DNA from: Octopus sinensis
Lineage: Eukaryota
Reading direction: 5' to 3'
NCBI RefSeq assembly: GCF_006345805.1
Contig: NC_043012.1
Span: forward strand, 39,866,001 to 39,930,000
DNA length: 64,000 nucleotides
How positions within the stretch are numbered: position 1 is the stretch's first letter; the number at the start of each line of letters is the position of its first letter. Shown here piece after piece: positions 1 through 12,570 of the stretch. The notes under the pieces were generated by a model that was not told where the DNA came from, searched no databases, and worked only from the letters and a program-made list of their open reading frames with translations. The translations under genes and the position numbers were made by a program.

Positions 1-7
1 ATATATA

Positions 8-307
8 TCACCGTGACCAACCAGGCTATCAGATGTTGCTACCATCACTGGTCACAATGCGCTTCGCATTGTTTTAGCCTTCAGATTACGCCACCCCGCT
101 GGCTAAGCGAGCAGTCCAACAAAAGAAAGAGTGAGAGAAAGTTGTGGCGAAAGAGTACAGCAGGGATCGTCACCACCCTCTGCCGGAGCTTCGTGGAGCT
201 TTAGGTGTTTTCGCTCAATAAACATTCACAACACCCGACCTGGGAATTGAAACCGCGAATCTACAACCGCGTGTCCGCGGCCCTAACCACTGGGCCATTG
301 CGCCTCC
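8..307 (-). mobile_element. tRNA-derived SINE, local family C
   Basis: Minus strand starts GGAGGCGCAATGGCCCAGTGGTTAGGGC (A-box TGGCCCAGTGG), then a B-box-like GGTTTCAATTCCC. Head and body match the copy at 37926-38237. Ends in (TA)n. Confidence 0.8.
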
Positions 308-331
308 ATATATATATACTGTGTGTGTGAT

Positions 332-515
332 CACCGCTTGACAACCTCCTTTGGGTGTTTGCATCGTCCTCGTAACTTAGCGGTTCGGCAAAAAAGAAGA
401 ATTGAATAGGTACCAAGCTAAGAACTGGAGTCGATTCATTTGACTAAAACTTCTTCAATGCGGTGCCCCAGCATGGCCGCAGTCTAATGACTGAAACAAG
501 TAAAAGATTAAAGAT
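332..515 (+). mobile_element. 3' half of SINE family A (diverged)
   Basis: CGCTTGACAAC...GTAACTTAGCGGTTCGGC...CAGCATGGCCGCAGTC.AATGACTGAAACAAGTAAAAGA is shared with the full copies. Confidence 0.8.
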
Positions 516-1177
516 ACGCATTGTAGAATACCCTCAGCCACACAGGAGACTGGTTTCGAAACAAACATTCTAAAGCCAGCCATCTTCGAATCTATCTCGC
601 CATTATTTCAACAGAAATAGAAAACACATCTGGAGGATCCAAATATTACCTTCGCATAAGCTTGACGATATACACAACTATAACCGCTATTCGCGACACC
701 ACCTCCGCCACCATCAGCTGTATCACTTCATTGTCTACATATTCATCAACATCACGAGTATATAAGCGTGTGTGTACGTGTGTGTGTGTATATATATATA
801 ATAAACTGAATTGTTTTGAAACCTTATCGATTTGTGGAAAGGAAACCATAGCATCAAAATATCTTCAAATGTGACAGACAAGTAAATGCTAACAACAGGA
901 ATTGAATCTAGAAAAATAAAAATAAAATATGTAATATATGTATAAACGACATACGTAAATATTTATAGAAATTTGTATATATATATATGTATATATTTAT
1001 GTGTATAATCATATAGGTTTTCCTGTGTTGCAAAAGTTTATCAAATCAAGCACTTAAGTTCCCTTAAAGTGCACAATAATCGTGTTGATAATAGAATTAA
1101 GTGAAAGTCAGTCGTTATTTATAGTTATATAATGTGAAAGGGAAGACACAAATATCCGTGTGGATGTATGTGCGTAG

Positions 1178-1330
1178 ACATACATACATACATACATACA
1201 TACATACATACATACATACATACATACATACATACATACATACATACATACATACATACATACATACATACATACATACATACATACATACATACATACA
1301 TACATGCATGCATACATACATACATACATG
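1178..1330. repeat. (TACA)n microsatellite
   Basis: Direct tandem repeat; source of the HTYI/MYVC pseudo-ORFs. Confidence 0.95.
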
Positions 1331-2192
1331 TATAACAATATATATGGGAAAATAATAAGCATGCATATATATATGCGCTCGCATAATGAATGCAACCGTA
1401 CAGGACAAGATAAATATGATATTGGAGTTGTGACAATGTTTCTATTAAGGGGGTAACTGTTGTAAATATTTCTATAGTTTATTTAATACTTTATGTATAA
1501 AAGCTGAACCCTATTTGATGCTCAGCCAGATACAAGTACAGGCACTTCGTATGTGTTGGTGTGAGTGAGTAAAGGTAAAGAAATGAAGTTGTATATTATA
1601 AGTATATGTAATGTCAATAAAATATGTATATATGTATTTATATATATGTTAGCTTTAACAAATGATTGAAAGAGATCTCGGTACATACATCAGCGTGTCT
1701 GTATATCGAGTTTTATTAGCTGGAATGACTTTATTATAGCTGTAGGCATCTACTTCTTTCATATACGAACGTCAGCTTATAGAAAATATTTTATATACAT
1801 ACGTCTGTGTGTGTGTCTGTGTGTGTGTGTGTGAGTGTGTGTGTGTGTGTGTATGTGTGTGTGTGTGTGTGTGTGGTGCAGTGTGTGTATGTATATGCAT
1901 GTGTGTGGTATCTACGTTTATCCATCCTCCTGGAGTATTCCCTCAAAGCCTAGCAACGAATTAAAATAGTTTCCGTATTTCCCTCCTTACATAAGGTTAT
2001 AAGGTTTAAATACTGGATATTTTCTATCTTCCACACTCAGGTGCAAATATCCGGATCGCATTACTCGGATTCAATAAATATACCTCGATTTTGCATATTT
2101 ATTTTGTTTGCTAAAACAACTGTATTTGAATTATCTTTATTCCTCTGTCTCTCTCTCTCTCTCCTCTCTCTCTCACTCTCTCTCTCTCTCCC

Positions 2193-2223
<31 letters not shown>

Positions 2224-2321
2224 GAGAGAGAGAGGGAGAGAGAGAAAGAAACAAAAGACGAAGACAGGCGTATAAACAACAAGCAGGTGTATTAGTTTAA
2301 CGCTCAGGAAGGTGAGAAAGT

Positions 2322-2357
2322 CTTTTACGTTTCGAGCCTACGCTCTTCAACAGAAAG
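2322..2357 (-). ncRNA. minimal type I hammerhead ribozyme-like motif in a probable Penelope-like terminal-repeat fragment (about 2255-2421)
   Basis: Minus strand reads CUUU-CUGUUGA-A-GAGC-GUAG-GCUC-GAAA-CGU-A-AAAG: stem I CUUU/AAAG, stem II GAGC/GCUC, palindromic ACGU at helix III. Core has U in place of A6. Confidence 0.6.
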
Positions 2358-2455
2358 GAACACGATAAAATAAATAGAGAGAGAATGAAGCACTTTGGAA
2401 TTAGCAGTCGATCATGGTGACTATATATATATATATATATCTTTTATACTTTTAC

Positions 2456-2491
<36 letters not shown>

Positions 2492-2499
2492 ATATATAT

Positions 2500-2753
2500 C
2501 TTTTATACTTTTACTTGTTTGTCATTTGATTGTGGCCATGCTGGTCTACCACCTTTAGTCGAATAAATCGACTCCAGGACTTAATCTTTATAAGCTTAGT
2601 ACTTATTCTATTGGCCTCCTTTGCTGAACCGCTAAGTTTCGCGAACGTGAACACACCAGCATCGGTCGTCAAACGATGGTGGGGGAACAAACGCAGACAC
2701 ACAACACACGTACACAAACACACACTCACACACACACGCACATATATATATAT

Positions 2754-2785
<32 letters not shown>

Positions 2786-2938
2786 ATATATATATATATA
2801 CGTCGGGCTTCTTTCAGTTTCCGTCAACCAAATACTCTCACGCGGCTTTTGTCGGCCCGAGGCTATAGTAGAACACACTTGCGCAAGGTGCCACGCAATG
2901 GGATTGATCCCGGAACCATGTGGTTGGTAAGTAAGCTA
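2500..2938 (-). mobile_element. SINE family A (slightly 5'-truncated), internal (TA)/(CA) tract
   Basis: Reverse complement of the copy at 3094-3505. Confidence 0.9.
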
Positions 2939-3093
2939 TATATATAATCAGGAAATACTGTTAAAGCTCTGCGTCGGCAAGACTTTAAAAAATATAGAAA
3001 AAAAGTGAAAAGGGTAGAGTGAACTTGCCGTGATGAGTGTATATATTTCATAAATGAATGAATATTCAAAAAATATTTATATAGACATTATTA

Positions 3094-3505
3094 AGTGGCT
3101 GTGTAGTAAGTAGCTTGCTTACCAACTACATGGTTCCGGGTTCAGTCCCACTGCGTGACACCTTGGGCAAGTGTCTTCTACTATAGCCTCGGGCCGACCA
3201 AAGCCTTGTGAGCGGATTTGGTAGACGGAATATGAAAGAAGCCCGTCGTATATATGTATATGTATATATGGATGTGCGTATGAGTGTGTGTGTGTGTTTG
3301 TGTGTCTGTGTTTGACCCTCCGCCCCCAACATCGCTTGACAGCCGATGCTAGTGTATTTACGTCCCCGTAACTTAGCGATTCGGCAAAAGAAACCTATAG
3401 AATAAGTACTAGGCTTACAAAGAATAAGTCCTGGGGTCGATTTGCTCGACTAAAGGCCGTGCTCCAGCATGGCCGCTGTCAAATGACTGAAACAAGTAAA
3501 AGAGA
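3094..3505 (+). mobile_element. SINE family A (tRNA-like head, CORE-like CACCTTGGGCAAGTG motif, internal microsatellite)
   Basis: GTGGCTGTGT.GTAAG A-box-like, GGGTTCAGTCCC B-box-like, conserved 3' half ending ACTGAAACAAGTAAAAGAG; about 10 copies in the window. Confidence 0.9.
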
Positions 3506-4533
3506 ATTATTATTAGTAGTAAAATAAATGATAACAATAATATAAGTGACCAACAAGCAAAACCCGATAAAGTAAGTTAATTTCTCTCCCCGTTGCCCAG
3601 TTTCTGTTGTATTTCCAGTGATTAGTGGCTTATTAGAGGATTTTTCCAGTCTGGTTTTTACAGCAATTTATGGATATTGGCCGAGTCGGACTCTTTGCAG
3701 TCTGGAGTTTCATTTGTTTGCTCACAGCTTCATCATTCATTAGACAAGTTATGTCTGTTTGATTTGGCTGGTGAAATTTCAGAGGAAAACAAGACTCACT
3801 CGACTAATTCAAAGAATATTATTCATTCTGCTGTGATATTCCGACAGTCGACACACTAAACGGGTGTGCACGCGCACACTATGTATCATTTAGTCGGAGA
3901 GAAGGTCAGTGACTTTGCCCCTTAGCAGGGCCTCCAAGACTAGTGGATGAGAAGGATAATAGGTTTACTTAAAATGTTGAAACCTGTCCCGAATGCTGGC
4001 AGCAAAGTGGATTCTGCTAAAGGAACCCAAGGAGCAAGTAGGGGTGTTTAAATCGAGATACAGATTACTCATATATATATATATATATATAATACGAGAC
4101 TGAGATAGCGTAAGAATAGATAGACAGGCAGACAGACAGACACAGACAGATGGACAAGCAGACGGCAGGCAGACAGATGAACAGATGGATAGAAGTGGTC
4201 AACACTTGGCTTTCTCTCCATACAGAGCTGGAAACTTTCAATCTAAATTCCTTTTATCGGGAAGTTGCCCATTCTATTGTAGGACTAGGGAATGGTCAGG
4301 AAGTCGGAATTCGTTAGTCTTGGAGGCATTTCGCCAAATTCTTACTGAAGAATTCTATATTCCTTACCAGGTAATTAAACTGTTAATTTCGTTTTAAAAC
4401 TCCATCTTTGCACACGCTGACACACACATGCATCTATATGCATGTAAGAATATAAGTTTACATGCATAAATGCATGTTCAACGATACACGCAAAATACAC
4501 TAGAGTGTACGAATATATATATATACATACATA

Positions 4534-4903
4534 GAGAGGCGGTGTGGTAAGTCGCATGCTTACCAACTACATGGTTCCGTGTTCAATCCTACTGCGTGGC
4601 ACCTTGAACAAATGCCTTCTACTATACCCTCGGGCCGACCAAAGCCTTGTGAATGGATTTGGTAGACACAAAGAAGACCGTTGTATATATATATATTTAT
4701 ATATGTATATGTTTCTGTGTCTGTTTTTGTCTTCCCACTCAACATCGCTTGACAACTGATGCTGGTGGGTTTACATCCCCGTAACTTTGCGGTTCGGCAG
4801 AAGACTCCGATAGAATAAGTACTAGGCTTACAAAGAGTAAGTTCAGGGGTCGATATTCTCGATTAAAGAGTAAATGACTGAAACAAATAAAAGAATAAAA
4901 GAA
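4534..4903 (+). mobile_element. SINE family A with internal deletion near the 3' end
   Basis: Colinear match to the other copies. Confidence 0.88.
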
Positions 4904-5080
4904 TATATATTTGCACACTCACACATACATATATTCAATAATGGTCGTTAGTTATGCATTTACTCCTTCGTTACAATAGTTTCAACACAAAGGTTTACAT
5001 AATCTTGAATATGAATACAAATGATTTGCAATATTACTACATAGTACATGTGATCACGTCAGACAGAGCTCATGTAGCAC

Positions 5081-5158
<78 letters not shown>

Positions 5159-5200
5159 CAATAATAATTCTCTAGAAGAGATATAGACAGTAACTGCTCG

Positions 5201-5305
5201 ATAACATAAGGGACTAAAGCCATCTGAATATGGCTAGGGACAGGGCAGGGTACCCCCACCACCCTGCCTGTCCCTAGCCATATTCAGATGGCTTAGTCCC
5301 TTATG

Positions 5306-5309
<4 letters not shown>
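5201..5309. repeat. near-perfect ~50-bp inverted repeat with 9-nt loop
   Basis: Arms 5201-5251 and 5261-5309 are reverse complements except for two single-base indels. Confidence 0.92.
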
Positions 5310-5339
<30 letters not shown>

Positions 5340-6169
5340 ATATAGGGAATAAATCCAAACTTACAGGGTAAAATTAGATTTAGGATTAAATCCAATTTTA
5401 GTATAATATATTATATTATATTATATTAATTAGAGATCAAACAGTGAAAACCATTAGCCATACATAAAATTAATTTAAAAATTAAAAGTTAAAAATTAAA
5501 AAATTATTAAAATAATTTAAACTTATAAATTTTAAATATATATATACAAATATATATATATATATGTATATTTTTATATTTATTTTGTTTATTAATTAAT
5601 TAATTTATTTATTTATTTATTTATTTTTTATTTATCTATTTTTTTAAAATATAAATATCAAAAGTATTAAAAGTTTAATAAAAGATAAAGAGTAAAACAC
5701 TACGATCATATATATACATATGTTCACAAATACGCTTACACTCTCGCACACATATATGTATGTATATATTATATATAAATATACATACATGCATACACGC
5801 ATATATGAGGGGACAAACAAAAGAACCACTCATATTTAGTTGACGTTCCATCACGCATTATAAACTCACCACTCAAGGTTCCTTGTAGGCGTGAGACGAA
5901 TCCATTTCGTCGGAGATTCTTATGCTTCTATTTCCGTGCAACCATTTTTGTATGAGAGAGAAAGAGAGAGAAATTAAGTCTGAATGTTTTTTCTATCGAG
6001 GGACGTAAATTTAATCTTCATTCGTCGTCCATTTTTAAATATTTCCATCTTTTCCTTCCCTCGCACTTTTTCTTATTCTCTTTGAAAACTTCTTCGCGTC
6101 TTTTTTCTAATTTTCTTCGTTTTCTTCTCTTCGTTATCTAAATGATCATAAAATGCCACGCATCCACGC

Positions 6170-6503
6170 TTAGTTTCTCCCTCTCTATCTCTCTCTCTCT
6201 CTCTTTCTCTCTCTGTCCACGTCTGGTTTTCTCTCTCCTCCTCTCTCTCCCAACTCTCTCTCCTTCTCTCTCTTTCTCTCTCTGTCTACGTCTGGTTTTC
6301 TCTCTCCTCCTCTCTCTCCTCTCTCTCTCTGTCTCTCTCTCTCACTTGTAGCATTTCCTCTTGCCTCTCTCTCTCTCTCTCTCCCTTCTTCCCCTCTCTC
6401 TAGTTTCATTTTCTCTTCCTCGCTCTCTCTGTCTCTTTCTCTCCCTCTCACTTGCAGCATTTCTTCTTGCTTCTCTCTCCCTTCTTCCCCTCTCTATATT
6501 TTG

Positions 6504-6570
<67 letters not shown>
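6170..6570. repeat. (CT)n-rich tract with internal tandem duplications
   Basis: ACGTCTGGTTTTCTCTCTCCTCC occurs twice and CTCACTTG(T/C)AGCATTTC occurs twice. Confidence 0.85.
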
Positions 6571-6729
6571 TGTACGTGTGGTGTGTGTGTGTGTGTGTGC
6601 ACGTGCTTTATTCTCTCTCCCTTCTTCCTGAGTATATTTCTTCCACTATTTTCCCGAAATTGTCGGTTAAGACATACACAAAATATAAGCAAGATGAAAC
6701 AAGAATACACCCATCACAGCCTCGGCACC

Positions 6730-7830
6730 CACCACCACCACCACCACCACCACTACCATAAACAACACCAAAACTACAACCACCACTGCTATCTCTGCTA
6801 AAATCTCCACCACCTCTACCAGCATCATGACCACCACAGCTTACTATCACATAAACACAACTAAAAGAACTACCACCACGACCAACAACTATAACATCTA
6901 CACTACCACTACTACTACTGCTACTAACACCAACACAATTACCACGCCAACAACGCTAGCACTACCAGCACCAACGCTACCAAAACTACACTAATAACAG
7001 AATTACTAACACAGAGAATACTACCACCTGAACCACAACAACAAAAGCAACAAGAACTATCAGCCATTACTACCACTACTAGAACAATTACAAACAACAA
7101 CAACACTGCCACCACGGCCACAACCACCACACAAACAAAAGTGATATCATCATAAGAACGATGGAGAGGGGGGGAGATTCTTCAAGAACGTAATCTTTCT
7201 CATCGTAAAATTGGTAGATTCTTCAGAGAATATATTTGCGGAGCTTTAACGATAATTTGAGTTGAATTGAGAAATCGTAACGCCAACCACCACCGCAACA
7301 ACAATAACAACATCTACGAAAACAGCAACTAACACTTAAATCATGGTTACTATTAGTCCAAACGCCATCATCGTCATCATTCTCCCATCATCACCATCAT
7401 CATCATCGTCTTCTACAATAACATTGCAATCATCACCAACAACGTAATCATCATTATCAACATAACTGGTGTCATTATCATTATTATCACCACCACCACA
7501 ACCATCATCACCATCATCATCATCATCATCATCATCATCACCATCATCATCGTCACTATCACCATCAACATCACCAACATCATCATCAGCAACAACATTA
7601 TCATCACCATCATTACCACCATCATCATTACCACCATCATCATCATCATCAACATTATCAAAAACATCACCATCGTCATCTGCGATGCCATTGCAACCAT
7701 CGCCGTCAACACCATCATCATTAATATAATCATCATCATCATCACCACAATTATCATCATCATCTTAATCCTCACCGCCATCATCATCATCATCATCGTT
7801 GTCATCATCGATGTGAGCATCAATAGCGGC
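6730..7830. repeat. degenerate trinucleotide tracts (CAC/CAA/CTA, then CAT)
   Basis: Low-complexity trinucleotide periodicity; gives poly-H/M/S pseudo-ORFs. Confidence 0.85.
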
Positions 7831-8105
7831 ACCATTACGACAGAGATATTGTTTGTGGGTTTATGTTAGTGTTTTTTTGTGTTGTTTTGTTGTTGTTGTT
7901 GTTTTTTTTTTGTCTTTTGTTTTATTACTGTTTACCCTTTTGTTTGTTCCTTCGTAAAATAAAAACCATTTCATCAGGAACTGATGCTGCTGCTGCTGCT
8001 CTTCGGGGAAATCAATATTTAGATCGCAAAACAATCTTTTTTTTTAGTTTCACATATTGTTTGTATATACATGTCTGTGTATGTTTGGGTGCGTGAACAC
8101 ACACG

Positions 8106-8174
<69 letters not shown>

Positions 8175-8276
8175 GCACGCACGCACACGTGTTTGTGTGT
8201 ATCTGTGTATTTCGTACGACTGATATATATATACACATAAGTATATATACATATAAGCTATGTTTATGCGAGTATG

Positions 8277-8317
<41 letters not shown>

Positions 8318-8414
8318 GTTATATCTATAGAAGTATATATTTATAACATTATGGCGTGTAAGTATATATGTATACGTTATATACAGAAGTATATATTATA
8401 TATATTATGGTATG

Positions 8415-8454
<40 letters not shown>

Positions 8455-8584
8455 TGCATTCATATACGAGTATGTATTTATATACAAGTATATATTCATA
8501 TACAAGTATATATTCATACATATATATGTATAGTAATGTCTGTTTGCACACACACATATTTCTAATATGCGTGTACGTAGATGG

Positions 8585-8627
<43 letters not shown>

Positions 8628-8895
8628 GGTAGTTGGTAATAATGGTGAGGGAATTAAGGGAAGAAAAGAGCTGACTAATTTAGTATTTTATGACAGTAAA
8701 ATAGACACAACAGACAATCCAATGCCAGAAGCCATAGATTGAAATGTTTGTGAAGAAATGGGATGCAACGAGGTGGATGAGGGGAGCGGCGTGGTGGTGG
8801 TGTGTTCTTGAGAGAAATATTGGATACAGCAGGTGAAATGGGAGTTGACCTTTCTACATTTGTATCTTTATATACTTGTATATACATATGTATAA

Positions 8896-8927
<32 letters not shown>

Positions 8928-8940
8928 GTATGTACGTATA

Positions 8941-8987
<47 letters not shown>

Positions 8988-9174
8988 TATATACATACTA
9001 GTGTTTATATATATATTACATACATAGTAGTCTTATATATGTGTGTGTATATATATAATATGCATACGTGTGTTTATATATATGTATATATATATATATT
9101 TATTGATTTATCTATTTATCTCCATCCATAAGACAGTGTGCGTGTATATGTGTAGTTGTGTGCGCGTGTATATG

Positions 9175-9227
<53 letters not shown>

Positions 9228-9237
9228 CTAAACGCTT

Positions 9238-9289
<52 letters not shown>

Positions 9290-9554
9290 CTAAACGCTTT
9301 TATATGTGTGTATTTATATATAATTTGTGTGTGTGTGTGTGTGTTTCTAGTGTAGATTCCATATTCATCATCAGAATATATATAAGATCACATCGCTGAG
9401 TTCTGTTGCGTATGCATCCATATACACACACTTAAGTCTTGCACACACACATATATGTAGTGGATGGTTTATAGTAAATTACTGCATCAATTTATGATAA
9501 ATATGATCTGAGCAGATGAAATTACATACATAAGGAAGCGATCAAGTTTGCAAA

Positions 9555-9840
9555 GGGCCGCGTAACTAAGAAGTTTGTGTCGCAGACAGAAGACCTGGGC
9601 TTCCTTCAAAAGCGCTGTATCTTGGGTATAGATATCTGTTATCGTAGATTCGGAAAGAAACAGACAGAAGGTGTGTGGAAGCAGGTCGGATGGATGGTGC
9701 TTGCAGTCGAAAGAGAAAGATCTGTCACACTGCGTCACGTTGATTCTAGCTGACAACTACGTTAAGGATATATGTGTCTATGGAATATTCAACCACTGAA
9801 CTGTGTGGTGCGTGTGTCCATGAAATATTCAACCACTGAA
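9555..9840 (+). mobile_element. old degenerate SINE
   Basis: Eroded tRNA-like head. Tail TGTGTCTATGGAATATTCAACCACT (locally duplicated) resembles the tail of the family C copy near 38130-38160. Confidence 0.45.
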
Positions 9841-9920
9841 ACAAAATAATGACTAGGTGTTTCAGTTAAATGAGTAACTGAACGCTTATACATCGTCCTC
9901 GACTGGAGAGAACATTTACA

Positions 9921-9962
<42 letters not shown>

Positions 9963-10168
9963 TGTGTGTGCGTGTGTGTGTGCTGATATCTCAAACTGAA
10001 TATCGATTCCACTTTCAACCTATTCCTATCATCGCACTTCAAACGCGCATATACAGAGTTACGATTTTAATTCTCCACACAGCAGTTGGTTCCTGCATTT
10101 GATGCTAGATTTCATTATTATTCCGTCGGGGTGAAACCAAACGACGTAATGTATATATGTGTGTGTGT

Positions 10169-10218
<50 letters not shown>

Positions 10219-10497
10219 TTTTAGTGTTTTATTATATCACGGACCAACGTTGCGACTTGTGTCTCATCAGAGAAATCAGCTTATATCTCTCACACTTTAT
10301 TGGTCAGCTCGAGGCCGCAGCTGAAAAACTTGCTAAAGGTGTATCTTCATTTTACATCTCGCTATGATCACCTGATTGGAATTTATTTCGTGTGAGTTTG
10401 AGTGATAAACACCTTTCCCAGAAAATTGCTGGCCTCGCGCCTAAATCAGAGGTTGTTATCATTATTATCATTTTTACTATTGTTATTATTATTATTA

Positions 10498-10537
<40 letters not shown>

Positions 10538-10568
10538 GTTGTTGTTGTTGTTGTTGTTGTTATTATTA

Positions 10569-10800
10569 AGGGAAGCTGGCAGGATCGTTGGCACGCCATG
10601 CAAAATGCTTATCACCATTTCATCCGTCTTTACATTCTGAATTTAAATTACGCTGAGGTCGACTTTGCCTTTTATTTTTTGAAGTCGATAAATTAAGTAC
10701 CAGTGAAGCACTGGGGTCGCCGTAATCGACTAGCCCCCCCTCCTCACAAAATTTCAGGCCTCGTGCCTATAATAGAAAAGATTATTATTATTACTATTAT
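10569..10800 (+). mobile_element. SINE family B with (ATT)n tail
   Basis: AGCTGGCAG..CGTT.GCACGCC head, GAGGTCGACTTTGCCTTT...TAAGTACCAGT..CACTGGGGTCG body, GGCCTCGTGCCTATAATAGAAAAG-(ATT)n tail. Confidence 0.85.
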
Positions 10801-12186
10801 TTCATGAAAACTCTCAGCTTATTTTGCTGAGTATGATAAAAAAAAACTGTCAGCTGTCCGCGGCCAGCAGACTATGGTGACGTTTGTTTACTCACCATGC
10901 TTCAAGAACCCAGCGGTGAACCCAGCGGAGATCTCTTGCAACTGCGAGCAATGATGATTTTTTGTATGTCTTATATCTTTATATTTGTTCCAATGTTTTT
11001 GAGCCGCGTTGGTAGTTGAGTGCTGATACTTGCGAGCGCCCTCATCACAATCGGTATCATGCCCACTTTCTTCATTGTCCATAACCTGCGTATTTCCCAC
11101 TTCAATTCATAATATTCGTTCACTTTTTTTCTTTGTCTTCGATCCTGTTGTCATCAGGACATGCTATGTCGATAATAAGGCATGTTTTTTTTTTCCTTTC
11201 TTCTTTTCTGTTCACCACAACAATGTCAGAACTCCGATATCTAATCTGATGGTCACACTGAATCATTACATCTCATAGGATTTCGTAATCCTCGTTAACT
11301 CCTTCTGAGATTTGTTCATACCACATCTTTGATCTTTCTAGACAATAATTTCCACAGAGCTCCCAATGGATCATTCTTACTACATTGTCATGTCGCCCTT
11401 TGTTGTCTCGTGCCAATATCGTGCTTTCTCTAACAATATGCAACACTGTTTCACCCCTTTCACCACACATTTGCATTTGTGGCTCACAGCTGTGGGGGTT
11501 TTTTTTATCAATTCTGCACTTCCCATAGTTTGTCCCCAAAGCTTGCTCTTGCACCGCGCATATATGTGCTTCTCTTTCTATCAAGTCTCTCTTCCGCATC
11601 CATAACCACCGGCCTTCTGTATCTGTCTTTGTGCTCGTATCTCTGGCAAACTGACCGTACATTTTCCCCCTTTCTACACTATTTCCCTTTTCGTGTTCTT
11701 TTCCTCTTTAAATTTCTCTTTCTTAAGACAATTATCAGTTTTGATGATGCGGAACTTTACCTACATCAACAACGGTTCCACGGCATTTTTGACAAACCAC
11801 CCTAAACTGTTTTCCACTGCTTCAACAAAACCCTGACAAGTGGTCAAACCTCTCTCACACGTTCTTCTGGACAAGGACAACCTCTCAGTGTCACTCTTGG
11901 GATGAGATGCTTAGTGCACTGTCAATAGTTACCATGTCTTCGTATCCGTACCTTTCAGTTCTTTCTTTTACCAGTTTATGATTCCAGCTCCATGCCGAAG
12001 TGATGCTATAGCCTGTTGGATTTTATTCCATCCAATCAATTTTGATCGCTGTTCTTCCATTTGCTTCTCCATCATTATAGACTTCCTTTTCAATCTGTTT
12101 CAGTACTTCCCTCTTTGGTCATTTTGCTCCTGCCCGAGAACTGTACTTGCTTCATTTCAGCTTCATTATACCACACTTCTTGAGTC
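10801..12186 (-). mobile_element. 5'-truncated degenerate R4/Dong-clade non-LTR retrotransposon (end of RT, CCHC-like knuckle, restriction-like endonuclease)
   Basis: Minus-strand translation across frameshifts and stops: HPKSDTERL...RGL, YGQF...WLW...QEQAL.TN, C...GETVLHI, RHDNVVRMIHWELC, IQCDHQI...DIVVV, CLIIDIACPDDNRIEDKE, YELKWEIRRLW. These are hallmark motifs of R4/Dong RLE elements. Confidence 0.88.
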
Positions 12187-12239
<53 letters not shown>

Positions 12240-12244
12240 TAATA

Positions 12245-12458
12245 ATCCTTTCTACTAGAGGCACAAGGCCTGAATTTTTGTGGGGGAAGGGATGAGTCGA
12301 TTACATCGACCCCAGTACTTAACTGGTACTTAATTTATCCACATCGACAGGAAGAAAGGCAAAGTCGACCTCGGCAACATTTGAACTCTGAACGTCAAGG
12401 CGGACGAAATATCGCTATTTCGCCCGGCGTGCTAACGATTCCGCCACCTTTTCGCCTT
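12245..12458 (-). mobile_element. SINE family B
   Basis: Reverse-complement match to family B; (AAT)n on both flanks. Confidence 0.88.
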
Positions 12459-12500
12459 AATAATAATAGTAATAATAATAATAACGATAACAATAATTAA

Positions 12501-12543
<43 letters not shown>

Positions 12544-12570
12544 TTAATAATAATAATAATAATAATAATA

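Noticed and set aside
230-307. tRNA gene
   Set aside because: A/B boxes are present but run into a SINE body; no complete cloverleaf or Pol III terminator.
1108-1436. Numerous ORFs of the MYVC/HTYI/IYIY/LSIY/poly-I/poly-V type here and throughout the window
   Set aside because: Translations of di-, tri- and tetranucleotide microsatellites that lack stops by construction.
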